From NCBI GenBank assembly GCA_051453625.1, contig JBOZIK010000001.1, positions 765,413-803,358 of the forward strand: DNA of 37,946 nucleotides, written 5' to 3'. The notes beneath the pieces are model-generated. The model worked only from the letters and a program-made list of their open reading frames with translations, did not search any database and was not told the origin of the DNA. The stretch's first letter is position 1, and every line of letters begins with the position of its first letter. A program made the translations under genes and the position numbers. The DNA is from Welwitschia mirabilis (Eukaryota). Positions 26,427 to 37,946 of this stretch are shown one piece after another.

Positions 26427-26929
26427 GTTGAGATTCATGAAGAAGAGTAGGGGAACATCAAAGTGTTTACTTATTACATTGACAGTAGTAAGCATTGAAG
26501 GAATTAGGAGGCAAAACAGTACACTTATCCCCTTTACTATTCTTTGAAGACCTTGAAGCAACCTAAGTTACATGTAGTTTGCACTTGTAGACAACCATAT
26601 CTTTTGTTATTGCTCCAGACTCATAGAGGTCATGTAAAGAATGAGGCTAAGAGATCTTCATGCTTTAATAAAGGGAATCAATTGAGTTGTCTATGTTGCA
26701 TGCTTAGTAACACAAGTATAGGTTTTTGATTACAACCATAGAGGAACAAGCAAATTCTTCTTGATTTGAGACCTGAAGACCCCATATTCTACAAAGGAGG
26801 AAGAAGAAAAGAAAAAGACATTTGAAACCGTGTACAATCATGAGGGGGAGCCACATCACTAGAGAACTAAAGATATGGTCAATTGCTAAAACCAACATAT
26901 TGTCAAGTACAGGGCAAATGTATTTGTGT

Positions 26930-28850
26930 TACAGTTTGACTTCCCCATAGCCATTTTGACTACTCAATTAGAGAAGACCAAGGTAAAAATTATAAGAACA
27001 TTGGATTGACAAATTTTTAGAGGAAGGAAAAAGGACGACTCCTACCTTCAATTTAGGGCCTATTATATGGCTAGTGTTCCCATGGGAGGTACAAACAATT
27101 AGCAATGCCTTTGTTACTTCAATAGTACTATGTAGGACATAGCACTACAATGGTTTACTGCTTTGGTCCCTTAAACTATTACAGACTGGGGGAAGATGAC
27201 ATGACAATTCTCTAGCAATATGAGTTTGTAGGTTGACTAGTAATGAGAAGACAAGAGATGGTATGAGGCTATAATAAGTTCCATTAGTTTCTTGCATGTT
27301 GTCTAATGCATGGGTTTAGACTTTGGAGCATGAGGAGTTTCTTTTGGATGAAATAAATATAGAAAGCATTGAATATCTAAATAGGATTATACAAAGCTAT
27401 GCTCATGAGAAGATTGTGCATGTGTTGTGGAAATTAATAGAATGATGTCTTAAATCCATCAGCATTTAGAAGGCTTATGGAGACAGGAATAAATACAACA
27501 GGTATCCATCTACGGAGAATATTTGTTTGTCTATTGGAAAAAGGGAGATTAAGAGATCAATAATGAGCTACACAAATCGTCCATGAACATGGCAGCCAAG
27601 ATCTCCAATAGGCTTGCCTTTAGTAGCATCGACTGTAAAGGAACCAAGATGCCTCTACAAATTTGTTGGAATTTGCTCGAGAAGGGAAGAAGGGTGCTTA
27701 CTATGTTTTTGAACATCCTCTTGATGAGTGCCTTGTCACAACCTAGTTCGTTGAATCCTAGGAACATCCTCAACTTTATGCACTTTGCCCTAAAACGTAA
27801 AAGAAGAAAGGAAGCCCTTGGATGCCTTATCCTATTGCTTCCTATTGAACTAACAAGTCATAGACCTCTATCAAGCAACATGTATGGATAGCAATGGATG
27901 CAACCTCCACCACAAGAACATTTGCCAACATGTTCACTACCTTATCCAACAACAGTATCCAAAGGTTCAACCACTACGTTCATATCCCGTTACAATCACT
28001 ATTATCTGACCCTAGCATATCAACCACCAGCAACTCCAAGGGACTAATTTGTGGACAATCAAGGACAAAGATATTTGCCACAAGTATGGTAATGTCAATA
28101 GCCTAGAATCCCTACTTAACCTCATCAATAGGTCAACATCAATTATATAAAATCAGTCGAACTAGCTAGTCATAACTCATGAGAGGACCAATTGCACCTA
28201 CGGTAGTTCATGCACTCATATTAATGATTGATGTCAATCAAGAAAAAGATCAAGGAGCCTCAAGAGAACATTCTTCATTGTAGGACATCAAAAGAAGAGG
28301 AAGACAAGAAGAGAAAGTTGTATTGGTTCCCTTTTCTAGGGACGTTCTACATGGAAGTTCGGGCATTGTCTTAATGGATTTCTTTATCAAGCGAAGATTT
28401 TGAGGAGGAGAATATGTGTCATTGCTACCCAAAAGAGTTTGCCTTAAGAAAATTTGTTGATGAGGTGCAAGGTTCCAAGCACACCAACTGTAGATGTCTA
28501 CATAAGAGATAACCCTCCAATAAGGGTTTTATGTGATTAGGGATCTATAGAGTGAATTTGGTATCCTATGATTGGTACAAGCAACCTATTTTGGACCCAC
28601 TCCTTACCTTAATAATTTGGCTTTAGCAGATGTCTCTTACTTTTCTACAAGGGCTAACATGAGCAATATCATAACCACAATGGGAGAATGAAGCACTTGG
28701 CAAACTTTCAAGTTTTGGAAATGTTGAACCTATAGCAAGGCAACAAATACTACTAGGCAATCATGACTAGTACTACAACTAGGGAGATTAGCATTTAGAG
28801 GTGGTGTTTGGAACTATTTTTGGAGTTGGATAAGGGACTAACTCTTCAAA
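26930..28850 (+). mobile_element. Degenerate Ty3/gypsy gag-protease remnant
   Basis: LCYFNSTM*DIALQWFTALVP*TITDWGKMT*QF (~27109-27210) fits gag. RVLCD*GS / VNLVSYDWYKQ (~28520-28585) and ILLG (~28748) fit an aspartic protease. Boundaries approximate; no LTRs identified. Confidence 0.6.
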
Positions 28851-29444
28851 GTGATCTATCCTTTATAGAATATCATGCACCTCCCTAAAGAGAGGCCCGA
28901 TATCAAATGGGTTAACAATCAAGCTAGGAATATTAGATATGACCCACAATAGCCAACAAAGGCATTGGTTACACAATATTTAATTCATGGAAGAATGCAA
29001 GAACAAACAAAACCCAATGGGGTCCCCTAATTCTGCCAAAGTTAATACCAAAGAATTCGTTTGAGATCCAACCACTTTCAAAACTTTATGTACCCAACAT
29101 GTTAAATAACAAAATGAATATTTCTTAAATAATATTTTTGTTTATATGATTAATACTAAGCATAAAATAGGCATTACATCCTACTCCCCCTTAGAATTTA
29201 GTGGCCCCCAATAGTCCCCTTATGACATTCTACCCCCTATGCTAGCAACTGAGCTCCCGTTGCTGCCACAATAGAATCTCTGAGTTACTTTGCATCATAC
29301 ATAACCTAAAACTTGTCTTTGATTCGTCAAACAAACAATGGGCTCTTATCCCTTCAAACTTGCTAAGCCCAAGTAGACCACTCATGTGTGAAACATTGTC
29401 TTTTGGAATTCCATAGCCCTTGTCTCTACTATGCTAGTCACCGC

Positions 29445-29680
29445 CAAATGGAACCTTCACCACACCAAGGCATCACCTCCATGCTATTCCGTGAATTACC
29501 AAAGGATGGAAAATTTTACCACACCAAGGCATCACCTTTGTTCCATTCCACAAATCACTGCAAAATGGAACTCTACGTACTACGACATTACCTCTGTTCT
29601 ATTCCATGAATTATTACAAAAAGAAACTTCACTACGCTAAGAATTTTCTTCCATTCTATTCCTTGAGTTATTGCATCAGC
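29445..29680. repeat. Degenerate minisatellite, ~58 bp unit, ~4 copies
   Basis: ATGGAA...CCACACCAAGGCATCACCT...TATTCC units start at ~29447, 29505, 29564 and 29621, the last two more diverged. Confidence 0.85.
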
Positions 29681-31299
29681 ACATTTTTAATCATGTGTCT
29701 AAGCTCAATATTTGATGTTCCTAGACAAATGTGACATCGTAAGTCATGCGTTGGTGCCTACAAATCCCTTTCTTGTTCCCTGAAACTCACCAAATACCAA
29801 AAATCCCAATGTCCCTATCCAAATCCTACTTTCTAAAGCTCAATACCCCCCTTAGGCTTGATATCTCTAAAGTAGAAAAAAGCAGGGAAAAGAAATGTAT
29901 ATAGTAAAATAAAATAAAATATCAAAGCCCAAACATTAGTAGAATCTTAACCTGAAAGACCCATCATTTTGTGATCGTGGCAAGGTAATAAAAATTGAAT
30001 TGGCCATTAAATACACCAATAAAACTCTAATTTTGTAACGAATATTAATGAAGCATTTTTTACAAGCAATCAATTATTGCATCCTTTTCCAACTAGAGTA
30101 ACAAAGCATTATGATGACACACAACTATTCTCTTTTACCCAAACCCTATATCCTCCAAAATCCCTTTTAAATTCCATCAATTATCCCATTTGGTCACCCC
30201 AAACTTCGATGTTCTCATCCCTTAACTATTTGCAAATGTTTGGGCATGAATGGGCACTTTGCACTAAAGAACTGTTAATAAAGAGTTGTTCCTTTTCGTT
30301 GCTACAATTTCAAGTCTATTGTAACTTTCAGATAAGTTCATGTTGTCCATTGATATTGTCATTCTCTGAAAGTTTCAAAAATTTTGTAAGTCCAGTTATT
30401 TTGGCAATTCATCTTCTTTTACAATTCAATTCTAGTTATTATTTCAATTTTCATGCATCATCCATTTTCATCTGTGTTTTTACATCCACTGCTATTCACA
30501 TCTAAATGGCATACACTCTAAACTTTGTTGCCCTCACAAAACCTAGCAAATTAGAATTGTTACCACTCAATCCCGAGTTCATATACTTTGTCAAACTTAG
30601 ACAAGGTTGATCTCATAGGGGCAAATTATTCACTCTTACATTGTGCAACACACACAAAGCATTGTTACGTACATCAAGCTATTTGATCACGTGCAACCTA
30701 CACAAACCATTCAACCACACATGAGTGCATCCAAAAAATACCCTTCCCTCCCCAGGGAGACCAATCATGCATTCATAGTACTCTTCAATGGGCTATAATG
30801 AATGGTTTATAAGCATTTTGGTGAAAAAATGCCAACCTTCCTCAATGATCCTTGCATGATTGCAAGATGGAGGTTACAAGGTTTAGCTACAGTCTAGCTT
30901 CCTATACCTACCAAAACATCTTTGGGGCTTCCACGCCTCTCCCATTATCTAAGACAACATGGAAGCCTCTCCCAATACCTGAGACTAACATGTGCAAGCC
31001 ACAACATGGCAAATGTTGGATAAGAAATGAACATCTGTTGACTTTGTCTTGTAAGTAGTGCATGACATGATATGATGTGATTCAAATAATTGTTGTAATT
31101 TATTATCGCACAAGATAAAGGGCATCATGATAGAAGATGCCCCATAGTGTCAGCTATAGAATTTATATTGAGAATGATGATGATTATCCAAGATAAGAAA
31201 GTAAGTCCTCTGCCTCCCAACCCGAAAATTTATTAAGATGGTAAAAGTGGGGTAGCTCACAAGAGTAAGTACTATAAAAACTTAAACCCATAGGGTATG

Positions 31300-32450
31300 C
31301 CCTATTATGTTTTCCACGACTGCTTTCTCCTCTTCAATTTTTGCATTCTCTTGGGACACTTCATCCATTTCTTTCCTTAACTTCTAATTGTCTTCAATTC
31401 AAGAATAGCAATTACACTTGCAAACCTTGGATCTCCTTCTAGGACTTTTCAATAGCAGAATCATCAATTTCAAAAACTCTCATCTCAGAATCCCTTGCAG
31501 CAACTTCCATTTTCTAATGGTTGGTTTTAGCAACATGAAGATGCATCTCAAGAGAGCTTCTTTCACCTATTCAAGACCATTAATCATTGCTCCTTTCATT
31601 CTCAAGTTGTTGTTGGATTCCTCTGTGTTGTTCTTTAGCTCTGAAATCATTTTTAATGCATTTTGATCTCTTCATGAGCACTTCAAAGCCTTCCTTTGCT
31701 TTTAAAATCCTCCTTTGCGGACTTCAAAACCTTCTTTCTTTTAGCAAAAATCTTCTATTTGCTCTCAAATTTCTTCAAGGCTACTTGTAATCCCAGGACC
31801 TACAACTCTAGTAGCTTTTATCACTTTCAAAAAATTCACATATCTTGAAACGGATCATGGATGCCACAGGAATAAGCAAAGGCCAAAAGAGGATTATGAT
31901 TGCCATTTCTGTTCATGTCTACAAAGATTACAGGTTTCATAAGGATTGAAGAAGCAAAGACACAACACTATATTGTAGAGTGCTTGCAAAATGTTTAAGC
32001 AAACATTCAAATTGAGTAGCAGTCAACATAAGAAGCACTGAGATTTCTCCAATTGACAGCCCTAAGAATGTGGCCTGTTGGACCTCATTTTCTCACTCTG
32101 TAGCTACTATTCCCTATGTTTTTTTGTACTTTCAATGCAAATATGCCTTTCATTTCCTAAGCAACTATAGCCCTTGCCCTTTCTTAGCTAATGTGTGCAT
32201 AGATGATGGTTAGGGAAAATGCACCAGATTCGGGATGATTCCTAAAGAGGAATTCCATTATGTTATCATAATCATGGCACACAAGCCCACTCTGTCCTAC
32301 AAAGGCTCCCTTTCTCTCACCACCAACAACAAAAAGAGCACAAGTCAATAAGGCAGGGATTTGAAAAGGAAGGTCGAGATGGGTCAGAAGCACAATAAAG
32401 AGGCAATCCTTATGTAACCAAATATCATCTTACACAAAGTAGTTCTAGCA
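31300..32450 (-). pseudogene. Degenerate TE accessory ORF: possible plant mobile domain (PMD)-like part followed by a coiled-coil region
   Basis: Minus-strand translation gives ...GAFSLTIIYAHIS (ORF 32184-32393), then E/K-rich fragments such as NALKMISELKNNTEESNNNLRMKGAMINGLE and KLRKEMDEVSQENAKIEEEKAVVENI, with stops and frameshifts. PMD resemblance is weak. Confidence 0.35.
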
Positions 32451-32488
32451 TCTTTTGGCCAACGCAGATGCGATGCAAGGTATGCATC

Positions 32489-33429
32489 TGTTGGTAATCT
32501 CTTATCATTGATGTCTCAGGTAGGACAAATTGTTTTGGTACTTTTCTAACCTATGTTTCATCTATAAGTAACTGACATGTTCCTAAGGGCGGATTCAAAA
32601 CTGATAAAAGCATGTCTATAACTGTGTTTCATGAGGGCCATTGAATTTTTTCACAAGTCGGATAAGCTTGGAACAGAAAACCTATACAATGGTGAATAGA
32701 TTCTCTCAAGGTCAACAAATACTTTCTCAAATCGACCAGACGTGAAACATTTAATTTTGAAAAGGAATCTGCTATTCGTTAGGGTGACTGAGTACCTTGT
32801 AAGGTCGACTTAGATATTAGCCATTGTGATTTCAGTGGACATTAGCACACTTCATGCACGTCAAAGCAAATCTAGGAACTAAAGATCTTGTCCCAATGAT
32901 GATAAATAGTCACAAAGGCCCTAGAAATATAAAGTTATCAATTTTATCCTAAAAGACTCTCTACTTTTTGGGGTACTCGTCAGCAGAAACTAAAAAGCGT
33001 GATTTACTGAAAAACTCTCAGAAACTCTATACTACTTCTATCAACATCTGTAACACAGAAGGCATTCTCATATCACTGTTCATTTAGTTATCAACAACTT
33101 TCTTCTAAACTATATTCTAGAGTGTACTGGTGCAATTGTGCACATTACACACTCAACTTTTGTCCTTCTATGAGGGGTTGTGGATATACTTGAAATCCAT
33201 TGAAAGTTGAAAGGTTTATAGTGAATCTAAAAACCATTGATGTGGAATAATAGATTCTTGCTAAAGACATAGTGTCTGGTAGCTGAAGAGTGGTGGCTCA
33301 CCACTATTAAAAATATGTCTTTTTACTTTCTTGATTTTGTTATGTGCAAATCTTTAATACTCTATTTGATTTGATTTGATCTTTTAAGTTTACCCTACTC
33401 CTCCCCTTCTAGGGTCGATCCTTTCTTCA
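32489..33429 (+). repeat. 5' LTR of copia element
   Basis: Ends CTCCTCCCCTTCTAGGGTCGATCCTTTCTTCA directly before the PBS, like the Sirevirus CACCCCCCTCTAG...TTCA end. The start at TGTTGG (32489) is a best guess because the second LTR is not in the window. Confidence 0.6.
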
Positions 33430-33431
33430 AC

Positions 33432-33444
33432 TCGTATCAGAGCC
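33432..33444 (+). promoter_or_regulatory. Primer-binding site, tRNA-iMet type
   Basis: TCGTATCAGAGCC vs canonical TGGTATCAGAGCC (12/13), 2 nt after ...TTCA. Confidence 0.85.
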
Positions 33445-33499
33445 TAGGTAGAGCAAAAGATTCTAAAATATCTTTGCTCAATAACCACAAAGATTAGCT

Positions 33500-36400
33500 A
33501 AAGTACAGATGGCAACTCCATCACAAGGCCACCATTGTTTGATGAAGCAAACTATGCTCACTGCAAGACGAAGATGTGAACTTTTGTTCAATCCATCGAT
33601 TTGGATCTTTGGGATTCTATCGAATAGGGGTATCATCCTCCAATTGTCACAAATTCCTCAACAAACATCTCCTTTAAAAGCAAAGACAACTAGACCCCTG
33701 ATGATAAAATTACTGCAAATCTTAACTTTAAAGGCCTAAATGCCTTTTCTTGGTGTATGTGTGCTATAGGTTGGGTATCTTGGAGATTGCACATAAAGGA
33801 ACAAATCTAGTGAAGCAAGCAAAGCTATAAATGCTTATCACAAAAGTTTAAGACATTAAAATGGATGAAGATGAAGGTATAAATGATTTCTTTGTACACT
33901 AAGTGAAGGTTGAATAATCAAGAGTTGTAAGGAAGATGTTGAGGTCCTTGCCAAAAAGATTTGAGTCAAAGGTGAATGTCGTCAAAAAAAGCAAGTATGT
34001 GAACATCATGAGGCTAGATGAACTTCAAGGAAAGCTACACAAGTTTGAATGAAAGTTTGGGAAAATCAAGAAAAAGAGCATTGCCTTGTCTACAACTCAT
34101 AAAAATGCTCAAAACAAGGAAGGCTTAGCCCAGGATTTAAATAGTGATGTGGAAGTGGCTCTTCTTGACTAAAAATTTAGGAAGTTCATAAGACAACGAA
34201 ACAACAAAATTCATCAATAAGATCAACAAGGAGAAAAGAAGACAAAAGGAAGGATATTCAACACTACTCTTGCAAAGGATTTGGACACACATCAGATGTA
34301 TGTCCTAACCAATGAGTAAAATGTCAGCAAATTAAAATGTCGGCGCACTCAAAAAGTCGTGTCGGGAGACATGTCGGTAATGTGTCGGAGCAAAATGTCG
34401 ACAATCATTTTTCTCAAAAAAATGCAAAGCTTATTTATTTTATAAGATGTGCAATCAATCAATGCTCCACTAGCAAAACTGGATTTTGCATGAAAAAACT
34501 ATGATTTTTCCCCTCAAATTTTCTCGTTCACTGGTCTGTTGCGCAGAAAATGGTTTTTTTGCCAGAAAACGGTTTTAACAGAACCTGTGAGACATTTTGA
34601 AAAAGTCGGCAATAGGTCGTCAAAAAGTCGGAAATGTCGTCGACTTTTTCAAAATGTCAAAGACATTTTCAAATTAAAAAAAGGGCAACATGTCACCCTT
34701 TTTTGGCGACATGTCACGACATTTTACTCTATGGTCCTAACAACAGAAAAAAGGAAAGAAGAAATGGAAAGAAAGCTCACTCTATAACTTGCAATGATGA
34801 TGATGATTATGAAAGTGACAACAAATGTAACTCAGAATATGAAAGACATAGAATATCTCTCATGGCTTTTGTCACTTCAGATGAAAACGTATGTGACCCA
34901 AAGCCATATGACTCTTTTGGAAATGACGAAACCCTAAGTAATGTAGAATTGGAGCTACACACGGAGTGTCAAATCTTAGCCCTTAAAGTCAATGCACTCA
35001 GAAAAGAAAACAAGGGCTTAATAAAGAAGCCAACTCTTAAAGACAAAGAGATTGAAAAGTTGAGAAGAGAGCTTGAAAAAGCATTTCAAATAATAAGAAA
35101 GCCTTATGATAACAAGCCAGGGACTGAAGTTAGAGGATCAAAAGGAGCATCAATGTCAAACCACTTTAGCTCTACTACAAACTAGGTTTGTCATAATATA
35201 CACTAAAGTCTTCAATGGTAAACATTACTTGTCATTTTTGCAATAGAAAAGGGCATTCCAAAATAGATTGTCTAACTCACAAAAGTTTGTTCGACCATTC
35301 CATGATAAGTAAGAATTATAAGTTTATTCCTAAATTTACTCATTGAATCAACAAAACGAACTTTTCAATTTGGATACCAAACATCCATGAAGAGTTTTCT
35401 TATAAAAACTACTCTTAAAGTGACTAATCATACTTGTTGGTATCTTNNNNNNNNNNACACACGAGTATGATGGAGGAGAGGTGACTTTTGGAGACAAGGG
35501 TAAAGTAAGTACTGAAGGTATTGGATGCATTGGTTGAGGTAATCGACCTAAAGTAATTCAAGTTTTATATGTAAATGGTCTTAAGCACAATTTGTTAAGT
35601 ATAAGTCAAATTTGTGATAAGGGTCATAAGGTATTTGACACTAACGAGTGCACTATAAGGTATCAGGCCACAAATCAAGTTTTGCTTGAAGCAAAGAGAC
35701 AAGATGATGTTTATTGTGTCATCCACTCATATGAAAACTCTTGCATGATAGCTCAAGTTCAAGATGATGCTCTATGGCATCAAAAACTGGGTCACCAAAA
35801 ATCTAAAGAGGATGTCCAATGGTGAATATGTTAGAGGCTTACCTAAAATTTCTTCGACTCATCAATGTCTGTGAATGGCATGCCAAAGAGGGAAACAAGC
35901 AAAGCACTATTACTACAAGTGTGCCCTTGGAGTTCATTCATATGGATCTTGTAGGTGCAATTCACACGGCAAGCACGTTAGGTAAATGTTACTTCTTCGT
36001 TATGGTTGATGACTATTCTAGATTTACTTGGGTAGCCTTGTTGCACGCAAAATCTAATACTTATGATGCTTTTATGAAAATTTGTAAGAAATTGCAAATT
36101 GAAAAGGGCTATATCATTAAAAGAATTAAAAGTGATCATGATGGTGAATTCGAAAATGTCAAGTTTGAAAATTATTGTGCTAACAATGGTATTAAGCATG
36201 AATTTTCAGCTCCAAAGGCTCCTCAACAGAATAGGGTAGCTGAAAGGAAAATCGTACTCTTTTGGATATGGTCAGGATGATGTCACTGACAAAGATATTC
36301 CAAAAAGATTTTTGACAGAGGCAATAAACACAGCTTGTCATATCAGCAATAGAGTTTATATGAGGCCAGATACTGATAAGACTCCTTATGAACTTTGGAA

Positions 36401-37729
36401 GGGTAAGAAACCCAACATCTCATATTTCAAAACTTTGGGTAGCAAATGCTTCATTATGGAAGATAGAGAAGTACTAGCCATATTTGACTCTAAATCATAT
36501 GAAGGAATTTTCTTGGGATATTCTTCATCCAGTAGAGCTTAGAGTATACAATAAATGTAGTTTGCATGTGGAAGAATCAATAAATGTAAAAATTCATAAA
36601 AATTCATGACATCCCACATAAAACTAACAATTTTGATGATAGTGCAAACTTGGTTCCACCAAAAAAATTTTACTATGACAGTTTATTCTGGGTCTAAGTC
36701 ATCAACAGAAATGAAAGAGCTCAAGGATCATCCCTTGGATTCAGTCATTAAAAATTTTGAACAAGGTGCCTTAACAAGAAGCTCTCTCAAGAACTTTAGT
36801 GCACGTGTTTCCTTCCTATCACAAATTGGACCAAGAAACTTTGAAGAAGCTAACTCAGATCCATGTTGGATGCTAGCCCGAGAAAAACCAGAATAGTTTG
36901 CATGAAATCAGGTATGGCAACTTGTTGGAAAACCTCTTGGACAGAATATCATTGGCACAAAATGGATTTTCAGGAACGAAACAAATGAGCAAAATGTCAT
37001 TACAAAGAACAAAGCTCAATTGATCGCTCAAGGATACTCTCGGGTTGAAGGCACTGAATGTGGTGAGACTTTTGTCACGTAGCCAGACTTGAATCAATTC
37101 AAATGTTTCTTGCATTTGCTTGTTTTAAGAAAATTAAGGTCTTTCAAATGGATTTGAACAGCGCCTTCTTGAATGGAAGAATTAACAAAGAAGTTCATGT
37201 TAGTCAGCCAAAAGGCTTTGTAGATCCTCACTTCCCTGCTCACATCTACAAATTGCATAAAGCCCTCTCTGGGTTGAAGGAAGCCCCTGGAGCCTGGTAC
37301 AAGCAGCTAACATCATTTTGAATTCAACATGGATTCACCAAGGATCAACTGATCAAACTCTATTCAAAAAAACAATGAACGAAGAGTTTATTCTAGTTCA
37401 AATATATGTGGATGATTTTATATTTGGATCTACTAATGAGAACCTGTCAACTAAATTTGCAAAATTGATGAACTCCGAATTTGAGATGAGCATAGTAGGG
37501 CCAGTCAATATGTTCTTAGGTCTTCAAATTCAACAACTTGAACATGGGATTTTCACAAAATGAAAAGAAGCACTCACTGGACTTAAAAAGGACTTCAAGT
37601 TAGAAAATGCAAAGCCAGCTCGCACTCCTATGGCTACAAATGTAAAACTGACTCTAGATGGAGGAGGCAAGGATGTTGACCAAATACTATATAGAAATAT
37701 CATTGAGAATTTACTGTACTTAACTAATT
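33500..37729 (+). pseudogene. Copia gag-pol polyprotein remnant
   Basis: GNSITRPPLFDEANYAHCKTKM*TFVQSIDLDLWD (gag N-terminus); zinc knuckle SCKGFGHTSDVCP; GLKHNLLSISQICDKG; LWHQKLGH; LEFIHMDLVG...VDDYSRFTWV...PQQNRVAERK (integrase); FQMDLNSAFLNG, QIYVDDFIFGS and YRNIIENLLYLT (RT). Many stops and frameshifts. Confidence 0.92.
34310..34733. mobile_element. hAT-type MITE (424 bp) nested in copia gag
   Basis: Perfect 8-bp TSD GTCCTAAC (34302-34309, 34734-34741). TIR CAATGAGTAAAATGTC / revcomp CATAGAGTAAAATGTC (14/16). Many TGTCG/CGACA motifs. Removing it rejoins ...GHTSDVCPN|NRKKER. Confidence 0.92.
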
Positions 37730-37946
37730 CAATGATTAAAATGTCACAACATGTCGCCTCGCCCTTTTTTCAAATTGAAAATGTCTTTAAGTCGGCTGAC
37801 ATTTTCAGTCGACATTTTGAAAAAGTCAGTGACATTTCTAACATTTCCGACTTTTTACTGACATTTTACCGACTTTTTCAAAATGTCTTGAAAAAGTCAG
37901 TGACATTTCTAACATTTCCGACTTTTTGCTGACATTTTGCCGACTT
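37730..37946. mobile_element. hAT-type MITE of the same family as 34310-34733, opposite orientation, truncated by window end
   Basis: Starts CAATGATTAAAATGTC and continues as the reverse complement of the right arm of the 34310 element (ACATGTCGCC...TTGAAAATGTCTTT...GACATTTTGAAAAAGTC). Interrupts RT after LLYLTN. Internal 71-bp duplication at 37817/37888. Confidence 0.85.

Larger units (their letters stand above)
32489..37729 (+). mobile_element. Degenerate Ty1/copia LTR retrotransposon, Sirevirus (SIRE/Maximus)-like; probably continues beyond the window
   Basis: 5' LTR and PBS, then gag, GAG-pre-integrase, integrase and RT in copia order; interrupted by hAT MITEs at 34310 and 37730. Confidence 0.9.

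Noticed and set aside
30077..31790. Several plus-strand hydrophobic ORFs (142, 68, 82, 67 aa)
   Set aside because: F/S/L-rich shadow frames of AT-rich or antisense E/K-rich TE sequence; no domain motifs or splice support
34539..35185. ORFs of 82 and 183 aa as host genes
   Set aside because: Chimeras of MITE sequence and the copia gag C-terminal coiled-coil region

Overview
AT-rich plant nuclear DNA, mostly old and decayed transposable elements around one apparently intact host gene. From left to right: (1) an L1 LINE remnant (~110-870). (2) A full-length but pseudogenised Athila-type Ty3/gypsy element on the minus strand (877-14477), with two ~0.9 kb LTRs, a tRNA-Asn-type PBS, gag-PR-RT-RH-IN and a long env-like region. 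(3) A short Tekay/Del-like LTR element carrying only gag (TR-GAG-like, 15502-20215). (4) A non-autonomous hAT element (20763-21918). (5) The last two coding exons of a BTB/POZ gene of the Arabidopsis At1g21780 family (minus strand, 23045-23874). I could not find the upstream exon(s), so the remaining ~14 kb is probably a very large TE-filled intron. That stretch holds a hAT element, gypsy gag/protease and PMD-like remnants, and a degenerate Sirevirus-like Ty1/copia element interrupted by two related hAT MITEs. I found no RNA genes, CRISPR arrays or convincing novel biological system. The most interesting points are the TE architecture and the giant intron. All family assignments come from motif recognition by eye, not from database searches.
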